In this document: one piece after another, positions 10,001 through 16,272 of the stretch
Position numbering within the stretch: position 1 is the stretch's first letter
Layout of the letters: each line of letters opens with the position of its first letter
DNA from: Candidatus Iainarchaeum sp.
GTDB taxonomy: Archaea; Iainarchaeota; Iainarchaeia; Iainarchaeales; JAZDEL01
Direction: 5' to 3'
Assembly (NCBI GenBank): GCA_043808785.1
Contig: JAZDEL010000010.1
Coordinates: forward strand, 150,001 to 182,000
DNA length: 32,000 nt
Position numbers and translations under genes: made by a program
Notes under the pieces: generated by a model
Database searches by the model: none
Told to the model about the DNA's origin: nothing
Seen by the model: only the letters and a program-made list of their open reading frames with translations

Positions 10001-10378
10001 GTCATATTCTTTATCGGGTTCTTCGTCTTCCCCGCCATCATCGCTATCATCATCGCCCTCATCATCCTCTTCTTTCGCCTGTTTTTTCGCAGCCCTCTTC
10101 CTTTCCTTGCGCGGCTTTTTCGGCTTTGCAGGTGCGCGCTTTTTCCCGCCTTCGGGCTTGGTTTCCGCAGCAACCGCTTCGGCGCTGTCGCCTGCGGAAT
10201 CGGCAGGCTCGCCCCCGGGCTTCCCCTTCCCTTCCTCAGGGCCGAGCATTTCGTCGAATATGTCGGGCGCGCTTCCCTTTACGTGCCTCACCCTTTCCCC
10301 TTCGGAAATCGGGCGTGCTGCCTCCTCGGCATCTTCCGCAATTTCCGCCTCGCCCCTATGCTCCCCGTCTTTCGGCAT
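7085..10378 (-). CDS. HerA/FtsK-superfamily (DUF87/COG0433-like) P-loop ATPase with a polyacidic N-terminal extension and a C-terminal wHTH-like extension
   Basis: Walker A is VFVCGARGSGKSY (DNA about 9315-9345) and Walker B is WLFIDEAHTLIP (about 8545-8580). The first roughly 300 aa are D/E-rich low complexity with a basic patch (KKRAPAKPKKPRKERKRAAKKQAK). The C-terminal roughly 300 aa contain a second acidic stretch and an HTH-like segment (LSAAEVARLSEFDEAKAKRVLARLAERGI). Confidence 0.8.
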   Translation of the reverse strand: MPKDGEHRGEAEIAEDAEEAARPISEGERVRHVKGSAPDIFDEMLGPEEGKGKPGGEPADSAGDSAEAVAAETKPEGGKKRAPAKPKKPRKERKRAAKKQAKEEDDEGDDDSDDGGEDEEPDKEYDTFEGGKKGAGKRNKEQEDGGEGAETEDDDEEETTGEGEAEEGAEEEETAEDEAEEEEPESASASLDKEIGTTEEGVKEQDEDWGWLEHGADEGRETGTGGENETGAEPELLQGKVPGLSADASEEFEKMRSEKRNAIKDTILKKAEEAGKADRTPEHQGGVRLGFLGDAEKKNVFIGMKKTVWKKYGYEGALRIGRVNEQEYRDAEIFLDSLNPHVVFVCGARGSGKSYVMGVLAEEIALKNRNVGVVVVDPVGVFWSMKFPNKEDREVKRLAEWGMKPGGLDNIKVFIPAGKKGEVPKSTYNEGFSMQPSLLTADDWCLTFGIERFSPSGLLLDKMLKKVEKGYRKMETGKEVRGKETRYSLDDIVECLENDGELNSKERGYKQDSIRALVSRFEAAKSWGIFDEKGTPLSELSRAGQLTVLDTSFLDDVVTALVIGILARRLLAARKISTRKEAAQKFRKQDLDELLELEVPPTWLFIDEAHTLIPSGNTKTPATSGLVEYVKQGRRPGCSLVFATQQPSAIDTKVLSQLDVVISHKLVFDDDIKAVYRRIPTIVPGQYKRPTFIKTLPVGVALTGDRSEETTRAFIMSIRPRMSQHEGRDAETNQMNESMDDAQVMDVAAEMVAEDINRAGKLDKETIEQVLRTLNSKYKTAVAAEELMKELGRRGFEVSEEGASVAGYEDKEEEEEAEEALDKGEEAEAGEEAEAAAKGAGIGRGSLRDEALESTELLSLPQRINEANARAAVDRVRKRKMLGILGDEERITGLQMRHVTVWRVGYDIPTKRGEFLAREAFIDSRTGEFLHFGGGKFVESKGLGDAFDMGRDDIVAATHLANRRLSAAEVARLSEFDEAKAKRVLARLAERGIAGAEKDKKSGKGIYFLKKKFDLPPNEMHELLGSLNKLPFARVQAAAKERERFPRESIPAVLRKLWPHIMIRRVDELYRPVWFASLEMKGRERRVAVDAVTGDVI

Positions 10379-10428
10379 AATCTGTTCCCCAATATGTAAT
10401 GGTTAATTTATATATTAACCTTTACCTG

Positions 10429-10571
10429 CAGCCTTTTCTTATAAAGAAAAGGCTGGCGAAAAGAACACAAGGCACGGCTGGCGAAAAGAAGGATTTTGCT
10501 TCGCAAAATCACGCTGCCCGCCGCAGCGGGCTATTTCTTTCGCAAACCTTTCTTTTCCAAAGAAAGGTTTG
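10429..10571. repeat. structured palindrome-bounded repeat element, copy A, abutting the tRNA-Ala 3' end
   Basis: The left terminal hairpin is CAGCCTTTTCTT-ATA-AAGAAAAGGCTG (10429-10455) and the right one is CAAACCTTTCTTT-TCC-AAAGAAAGGTTTG (10543-10571). Internal modules are CACAAGGCACGG (10466-10477), GATTTTGC-TTC-GCAAAATC (10492-10510) followed by ACGCTGC, and the GC hairpin GCCCGC-CGCA-GCGGGC (10516-10531). These modules recur at 27202-27276, 30169-30297 and 30343-30517. Confidence 0.75.
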
Positions 10572-10731
10572 TGGACTCGGGGGGATTTGAACCCCCGGCC
10601 TCTCCGATTCTCGCAGACGCCTGCAATCATGTGGTGCAGTCCCGTTCCGCCGAAGGCGGAACCGTACGCGGCACCGGCGATCGCAAGCGCCGTTGCGAAC
10701 GGAGCGCTCTGCCAGGCTGAGCTACGAGCCC
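10572..10731 (-). tRNA. tRNA-Ala(CGC) with an 86-nt intron at position 37/38
   Basis: I folded this by hand from the reverse complement. The acceptor stem is GGGCTCG/CGAGTCC and includes the G3:U70 alanine identity pair. The D arm is GCTC..GAGC. The anticodon stem is CTCCG/CGGAG with loop TTCGCA|...|T. The T arm is GGGGG-TTCAAAT-CCCCC and the discriminator is A. No CCA is encoded. The intron spans 10608-10693. Confidence 0.85.
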
Positions 10732-10851
10732 CTTTTGCAGAAACAATTTAAACGCGGGGAGTTTTTAAGGCTTTTCGTGCTGCGCAAACGCCTGTTTATT
10801 CCCGCCCAATCGCCGCGGCGGCTTGTGGATATTTTCGCGTCAGGCGCCGCG

Positions 10852-11184
10852 CTAACCCCTCAGTATGGCGCAAACCTTTTCGGTTATTTCCTTAGTTTTC
10901 TTTTCCTTCAGCACGCCCGCCCTGTACTCGACTATCGAACTGTCCGCGGTAAATATCTTGTTCGGCCTTATGTTGCTTTCCTGCTTCAGCGTGCCGCTTG
11001 TGAACTCGCTTTCCGTGAGCGGAATCGAATAGCGGTCGGCGGCCTGCCCGCTCGTAATCTGGCAGAGTATTATGTCATTGCCCTGCAGGCTTGCGAGCAC
11101 CATTGCGGGCCTTCTTTTCGACTGGCTCAGGTCCGAGAACGGGAATGGTATTACTACGACATCCCCCTTTACAAATCTTTCCAC
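10852..11184 (-). CDS. mazF: PemK/MazF-family endoribonuclease toxin
   Basis: The N-terminal sequence is typical of MazF: KGDVVVIPFPFSDLSQSKRRPAMVL...ILCQITS. The start is GTG and overlaps the upstream small ORF. Confidence 0.85.
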   Translation of the reverse strand: MERFVKGDVVVIPFPFSDLSQSKRRPAMVLASLQGNDIILCQITSGQAADRYSIPLTESEFTSGTLKQESNIRPNKIFTADSSIVEYRAGVLKEKKTKEITEKVCAILRG

Positions 11185-11267
11185 GCCTTCTCGTCCTCCG
11201 CGGACAGCCAGTCCTTTGCCAGGGCTTTCTCGGAGGCAAGCATTGTCGGAATTATTTTTTTCAGCAT
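11169..11267 (-). CDS. putative 32-aa mini-antitoxin for the MazF toxin
   Basis: My manual translation is MLKKIIPTMLASEKALAKDWLSAEDEKAWKDL*. The stop overlaps the mazF GTG start. The C-terminal motif W..(D/E)DE.AW matches the C-terminus of the antitoxin at 27780-28007 (ELWDNKDDEAWENA). It is too short to appear in the ORF track. Confidence 0.45.
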   Translation of the reverse strand: MLKKIIPTMLASEKALAKDWLSAEDEKAWKDL

Positions 11268-11271
11268 AAGT

Positions 11272-13134
11272 TCACTCCCACTCAATCGTCGCAGGCGGCT
11301 TATGGGTTACATCGTAAAACACCGCCCCTATCCCTTTCACGCCCAAAATCTCGCGCGCAAGTTTGTTCAGCAGTTCCGCATCCATGGGGTAAAAGCGCGC
11401 CGTCATTGCCTCCTTGCTTTCAACCGGGCGAAGCACGATTGCTTCCCCCCCGCCCTTGCCTCCGTTGGCAGCCTTTCCCGCGCCGCCGTTTATGGCGAGC
11501 GGCAGCAGAACCACGGGGAACTGCCAGATTTTTTCCATGAGTTCGTGCTTTTCAACCCCGCGCATAACAATCGCATCCGCCTCCTGCAGGATTTTTACGC
11601 GTGGTTTAGTAAGCAGGGCGCGCTTTGCCTTGATTGCATCGCTCCCTATTCCAGCGGGCGAAACCAAAAACACAACGCGGTTGAACGCGTGCACCTCGTT
11701 GGTTATCCGCGTGCTGCACTCCTCCAGTTTTTTCCAGTCGGGCGTTCCCGAAAGCGCAACCACGTGCCTGTAAGTGCGGGCGTCCCCCTGAACCCCGACC
11801 GCTTTTACGGGAAGCGCGAACGCGGAAAACCCGAACTCCTGTGCGATTTGTTTTGCGTTTTGTTCTGCGGCAGCAAGCGCCGCAGCCCCCTCCGCGCTTT
11901 CCTTTTTGCCGCTTCCCCCTGCGCTGCACAGTACCCTTATCGCCAAGCCGGGTCCCGGGAATGGGTGCCTCCAGACAAGGGCTTCCGGCAAACCCAGCTT
12001 TGCGCCGAGCTCGCGCACCTCATCCTTGTAAAGCTGGCTCAGCGGCTCTATCACCCTTCCCTCCTCCATCATCTGCTTCACGCTCTCAACCCTGTTGTGG
12101 TGCGTCTTGATAGTTGCGGAGTGCTGCGTGCCGCCTGTTTCAATAGTGTCGGGATAAATCGTGCCCTGCCCCAATAACCAAACCTTGGGGTCGAGGTTCA
12201 TTTTTTTTATTTCAGAATTCGCGATGTCGATGAATAATTTTCCTATAATTTTCCTTTTCCCCTCGGGCTCAAACACGCCCTCAAGGGCGCCGAAGAATTT
12301 TTTGCCTGCATCGAGAACTTTTATTTTTATTTTCAGTTTCTCCAGCGCGCGGGAGATTTCAGCGCTTTCCCCCTTGCGCATGAACCCTGTGTCCACGTGC
12401 AGCGCAAAAATCCTCCCTGCCCCTATTGCCCTGCCAAGGAGCGCGAGGCAAACCGTGCTGTCAACACCCCCCGAAGCGAGCATGAAAACATTGCGCTTGC
12501 CGACTTTGCGCTTTATCTCGCGCACCTTCGCGCGCAGGAACCCCGCCATGTTCCATGATTTTTTCGCCTTGCAAACCCCGAAAACAAAATTCCTCAGTAT
12601 TTTCATCCCGTGCTCCGTGTGCGTTACCTCCGGATGGAACTGCAGCCCGAACATTTTTTTCTTCCCGTGCTCCATTGCGGCGTAATCGCAGTCGAATGTC
12701 CAGCCGGTTTTCCTGAAGCCCGCGGGAATCTGGAGTACGGTATCTCCGTGGCTCATCCAGACCATTTCCGTCTTGTCGAGCCCCGAAAAAAGCAACCCCT
12801 TCCTGTCCACAATCAGTTCCGCACTGCCGTATTCTTTTGTACCCCCTTGTTTCACGCTGCCCCCCATCTGCTTGGCAATCAGCTGATGCCCGTAGCAAAG
12901 CCCGAGAATCGGTTTTTTTATTTTGAAAATATTCGAATTAAACTTCGGCGCGTTTTCATCGTAAACGCTGCTCGGCCCGCCGCTCAGGATAATTCCGCGT
13001 GCCTTGTTAAGTTCCTTTGTAGGCGCATCGGGCGGAAGAATCTCGGAATAAACCCCCATTTCCCGCACCCGCCTTGCAAGGAGATGCGCGTACTGCCCGC
13101 CGAAATCGAGAATGATTATTTTATGGGAACCCAT
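11272..13134 (-). CDS. guaA: GMP synthase (glutamine-hydrolysing), fused long form
   Basis: It has a class I GATase domain (LGLCYGHQL, HPE), the ATP-PPase P-loop SGGVDSTV, and the C-terminal KPPATIEWE. The length is 620 aa, and the C-terminal dimerisation-domain segment appears to be duplicated. Confidence 0.93.
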   Translation of the reverse strand: MGSHKIIILDFGGQYAHLLARRVREMGVYSEILPPDAPTKELNKARGIILSGGPSSVYDENAPKFNSNIFKIKKPILGLCYGHQLIAKQMGGSVKQGGTKEYGSAELIVDRKGLLFSGLDKTEMVWMSHGDTVLQIPAGFRKTGWTFDCDYAAMEHGKKKMFGLQFHPEVTHTEHGMKILRNFVFGVCKAKKSWNMAGFLRAKVREIKRKVGKRNVFMLASGGVDSTVCLALLGRAIGAGRIFALHVDTGFMRKGESAEISRALEKLKIKIKVLDAGKKFFGALEGVFEPEGKRKIIGKLFIDIANSEIKKMNLDPKVWLLGQGTIYPDTIETGGTQHSATIKTHHNRVESVKQMMEEGRVIEPLSQLYKDEVRELGAKLGLPEALVWRHPFPGPGLAIRVLCSAGGSGKKESAEGAAALAAAEQNAKQIAQEFGFSAFALPVKAVGVQGDARTYRHVVALSGTPDWKKLEECSTRITNEVHAFNRVVFLVSPAGIGSDAIKAKRALLTKPRVKILQEADAIVMRGVEKHELMEKIWQFPVVLLPLAINGGAGKAANGGKGGGEAIVLRPVESKEAMTARFYPMDAELLNKLAREILGVKGIGAVFYDVTHKPPATIEWE

Positions 13135-13231
13135 AATAATGTGGAGTGGGTTGTTTTTTTATTGCTTTTCTTAGGGGCGCAGGCCCGAGGCACGGCGTGT
13201 TTTTGCCTGTTTTATCCGCGGCGCTCCCGCA

Positions 13232-14620
13232 TTACCCGAGCTCGTTGCGGCACTGCCCGCTGAAGTTCGCGTCCCCTATCTTGCCGCAAACCGTGATGTC
13301 CAGCTTCCCGATGGCATAGTTGTAATAGCATTCGCTCTTGCTCGAGTGCGCAAGGGTCCAGAACTCCTTCTTTATCGTCGCGCAGAGGTCGGACTCCTCC
13401 TTCCCCATCGCTATATCGCTGTAGCATTTCACGTACTTCGAGGCGGCGGTAATGCCCTCGCAAACATCGAGGTTAAGCAGGCTTACCGCAATCGTGGAAT
13501 AGCAGTAATCCCTCTTGCTGAAGTCGTTCGCTATTATTTCCTTGCACAATTCGGCATTGTCAGTTGCCTTGGCTATCTCGAGCACGCAGTCGTCCCTGAC
13601 CGCGCGCCTGTTTTGTATAAGGTTGCATATTTCCAGGGAATTGAGGCTTACCCCGACTTCCTTGTAGCACGCATACCTCGGCTCCTCCTTTGCAATCATG
13701 CCGCACGCCTCCTTTGAGGGGTTTGCGGTTGCGGTTTCCTCTATGCACGCCTCGCGCTTTTCCTTATACTTGCCCAGCGGGATATTCAGGCAGAGTTCGT
13801 AGCTGGAACTGTTCCTTGCGGCCGTGTCATAGCAATTAACCCTGTTCTCGTCAGATATGATGTCCTCGCACTTGGCAAGGTTGATGTAGCACGCCTGCTT
13901 GCGGGCCTCGTCTATTAGCCTGCCGCATGTCGATACGCTTCCGGGCGCCACGCCCAGATAGCAGTTGTCCCTCGCGTACTCCCCTTTGGAAATCGCGCCC
14001 GAAACATATGCGCAGATGCCCGAATCGCCCTTAAGTTTCGCGACATCATAAACGCATGAGTCCGCTTTCCCGATATCCGAAATCTTGTTGCATGTCATCG
14101 GGTCCTGCTTGTCGTACGCTATTGAATCATAGCAGTCGTCCTTTACCGCGGTATCGCTTATTGCCGTGCATGCCGACTCCTTGCCCATTGCAACGCCCGC
14201 AATCTTGAAGCAGAGGTTCTTTTTGCCCACGTCGTAAATTTCGTAGCACGCGTGGTACTCGGGCATCGCTATTGCGATTTCATAATAGCACTTGTCCTTA
14301 GGGAACGTGGCGACCCTTTCGCAGACCACATAGTTCTTTTTTTGCGTACCCAGCGACATCAGGCAGTTGTCCGCGCTTACCCCGCCCTTTTCAACGCACT
14401 GCTCCACAAGCCTTTCGAACGACACTTCCTCCTCTTCCCCTTCGGGAGGTTTCCACGGGTCCGCGGGCTTGCCGCCGTTGGCGTCCGTGGCCACTTTGTT
14501 TCCGTCGCCAGCGGGCGGGGGTGCGGGGGTAATTAAATCTTCGGGCTTTGGGCAGCCCGCAATGGCGATAGCCGCAATCAGCAGCAGCAGAACCGCGGCA
14601 GGCACATTCATGGTTTTCAT
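13232..14620 (-). CDS. secreted or lipid-anchored cysteine-repeat protein
   Basis: A signal peptide ends in a lipobox-like IAIAGC. After a P/E-rich linker come about 13 units of 28-32 aa of the form C-x(10-14)-[DN]xC[YV]xx[IV]A, for example KDKCYYEIAIA, KDDCYDSIAYD, RDYCYSTIAVS and YVKCYSDIAMG. Confidence 0.7.
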   Translation of the reverse strand: MKTMNVPAAVLLLLIAAIAIAGCPKPEDLITPAPPPAGDGNKVATDANGGKPADPWKPPEGEEEEVSFERLVEQCVEKGGVSADNCLMSLGTQKKNYVVCERVATFPKDKCYYEIAIAMPEYHACYEIYDVGKKNLCFKIAGVAMGKESACTAISDTAVKDDCYDSIAYDKQDPMTCNKISDIGKADSCVYDVAKLKGDSGICAYVSGAISKGEYARDNCYLGVAPGSVSTCGRLIDEARKQACYINLAKCEDIISDENRVNCYDTAARNSSSYELCLNIPLGKYKEKREACIEETATANPSKEACGMIAKEEPRYACYKEVGVSLNSLEICNLIQNRRAVRDDCVLEIAKATDNAELCKEIIANDFSKRDYCYSTIAVSLLNLDVCEGITAASKYVKCYSDIAMGKEESDLCATIKKEFWTLAHSSKSECYYNYAIGKLDITVCGKIGDANFSGQCRNELG

Positions 14621-14785
14621 AGCGATTGCACAACTATATACAATTCACCCCTTTTTTAACCTTTTGTTTTAATTTTATTCCCGGGGAACCGCGTACCTGA
14701 AAACTTGCCTCCTGGCGGGAACGTACTTTTCTCAAATAAAAACCAGCCGCTTAACCGGAAGACGCAGTGCCGCCTGCATTAAATA

Positions 14786-14827
14786 TAAACTATTTTATAA
14801 ACTATTATAAACTATTATAAACTATTC
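14786..14827. promoter_or_regulatory. four copies of TATAAACTAT (TATA-box-like tandem repeat) in a divergent intergenic region
   Basis: The copies lie at 14786-14795, 14798-14807, 14808-14817 and 14818-14827. The last three are perfectly tandem with a 10-bp period. The array sits 36-77 bp upstream of the radical SAM ATG. Confidence 0.85.
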
Positions 14828-14862
14828 GGGCTTCTTTTTTTGCAGCGGGCGGGTGTTAACAA

Positions 14863-15921
14863 ATGAGGTTGATTGAAAAATACCTTGTTTACCTGAGGTT
14901 CCTGAAAAGTTTTGGCCTTGTGAAAAGGGCGGCAAAAGGGAAAATCAGGGCGCTGACAAACGGGACGGTGCTGAGGAACCTCCAGTTTTGCGTGACGTAT
15001 AAATGCAATTTTAACTGCGAGTTCTGTTCCTGCAGCACCCTCAGGGAGCCAAGGCGGGAAATGGCATTGGAGGAATGGAAAAAAGTCTGGGATGACGCCT
15101 ACTCGCTGGGGGCAATCCACGCGGATATCACCGGTGGAGAGCCCATGACTATGGGCATCGACTGGCTGTGCGAACTGGTTTCGCACATCACGAAGAACAA
15201 TGACGTGATCTGTTCGACCGTGACAAACGCTTCCCTACTGACGGAAGAAAAAATCGACAGGCTGAAAAAGGCAGGCCTGGATGTACTGGAAATCAGCATC
15301 CATTCGATGGATCCGGAACGGCACGAAGGCTGGAACGGGCAGAAGGGAAGCCTGCAGCAGGCAATAAACATGGCGTTGTACGCAAGAAAGGCCGGCCTGA
15401 ACGTCTGCATCAGTTCCGTACTGAGTTCGGACTCTTTCGGCGACATCGAGGAAGTGGCAAAATTCTGCGAACAGCACGGTTTTTTGCACCTGATACAGCT
15501 CGCTGCAGCGGTCGGAAACTGGCACGGGGAAAACGAAAAAGAAATAGACGCATACAAGGAACGCTATTATGCCCTGCTTAAAAAATATCCGGGGATGCGG
15601 GACGACAGGTACACGAACTTCAGAAGATTCAATATCTGCCCCGGCGGGATGGAAAAATGGTATGTTACGCCGTACGGGGAAGTTATGCAGTGCTCGTTTG
15701 TCGGAATTTCATACGGCAACCTGCTGAAAGAATCCGCGAGGACGATCTACGACAGGATAAAAAGCTACGAGTTCATGCGAAAGGAATGCGCCGACTGCAA
15801 GAGAACGTTCGACAGGGACTTCATCGAGAACGTTTACAGCACGGTCAAGGGCAGGAAAAAAATACCGGTAAGCATTGCCGAAATAGAAAAAAACAACAAA
15901 GCCTATTTCAAGAGGGGCTGA
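14863..15921 (+). CDS. radical SAM enzyme with a C-terminal twitch/partial-SPASM-like Cys motif
   Basis: The CxxxCxxC motif CNFNCEFC is present, along with DITGGEP. The C-terminal region has CPGGMEKWYVTPYGEVMQC (C-x12-G-x4-C) followed by CADC. Confidence 0.85.
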   Translation: MRLIEKYLVYLRFLKSFGLVKRAAKGKIRALTNGTVLRNLQFCVTYKCNFNCEFCSCSTLREPRREMALEEWKKVWDDAYSLGAIHADITGGEPMTMGIDWLCELVSHITKNNDVICSTVTNASLLTEEKIDRLKKAGLDVLEISIHSMDPERHEGWNGQKGSLQQAINMALYARKAGLNVCISSVLSSDSFGDIEEVAKFCEQHGFLHLIQLAAAVGNWHGENEKEIDAYKERYYALLKKYPGMRDDRYTNFRRFNICPGGMEKWYVTPYGEVMQCSFVGISYGNLLKESARTIYDRIKSYEFMRKECADCKRTFDRDFIENVYSTVKGRKKIPVSIAEIEKNNKAYFKRG

Positions 15922-16141
15922 AACTGCCGTCCGGGGAGATAATCCCGGGCTTTGATTTCCGATTAAGCCGGGCAGAAGCCAAAATAGGTTTAAATATGTT
16001 TTGGGTTTTATTTTGGTTGTGCGGGAACCGTGATTTTCCGCATGGGACTTAGCTGGTGAGCCGAAAGTAACCCGTTTGGGTTGCACGATTTATATGCTGG
16101 GTCTTCAGCCCGCGTTTGCGGGCAACTCTCTTGGCAGATTG

Positions 16142-16167
16142 GAAGAAATGCCCCTTGGCATTTCTTC
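16142..16167. other. perfect 11-bp-stem hairpin in the radical SAM / mbf1 intergenic region
   Basis: The hairpin is GAAGAAATGCC-CCTT-GGCATTTCTTC and is followed by a T/C-rich tract. It could be a terminator or an operator. Confidence 0.4.
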
Positions 16168-16169
16168 TC

Positions 16170-16210
16170 TTTCCTTTTACCCGCCTTTACTTTCCTTTTA
16201 CCCGCCTTTA
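16170..16210. repeat. 20-bp perfect direct repeat, two copies, 21-bp period
   Basis: TTTCCTTTTACCCGCCTTTA occurs at 16170-16189 and 16191-16210, 63-103 bp upstream of the mbf1 ATG. Confidence 0.85.
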
Positions 16211-16272
16211 ATTTCACCCCTCTGATTTCTTCTTTTATATTCTTTTCCGTGCTTATTTGGTTGCGTGCCATT

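Noticed and set aside
10608-10693. A C/D-box sRNA hidden in the tRNA-Ala intron, by analogy with the haloarchaeal tRNA-Trp intron.
   Set aside because: There are only weak near-matches: AUGAUUG against RUGAUGA, and CUGC against CUGA. No terminal stem or K-turn arrangement is visible.
16081-16272. An N-terminal extension of the MBF1 ORF.
   Set aside because: aMBF1 proteins begin with the zinc ribbon (MxCEICG). The extension translates the hairpin and the 20-bp direct repeats into F/L-rich nonsense.
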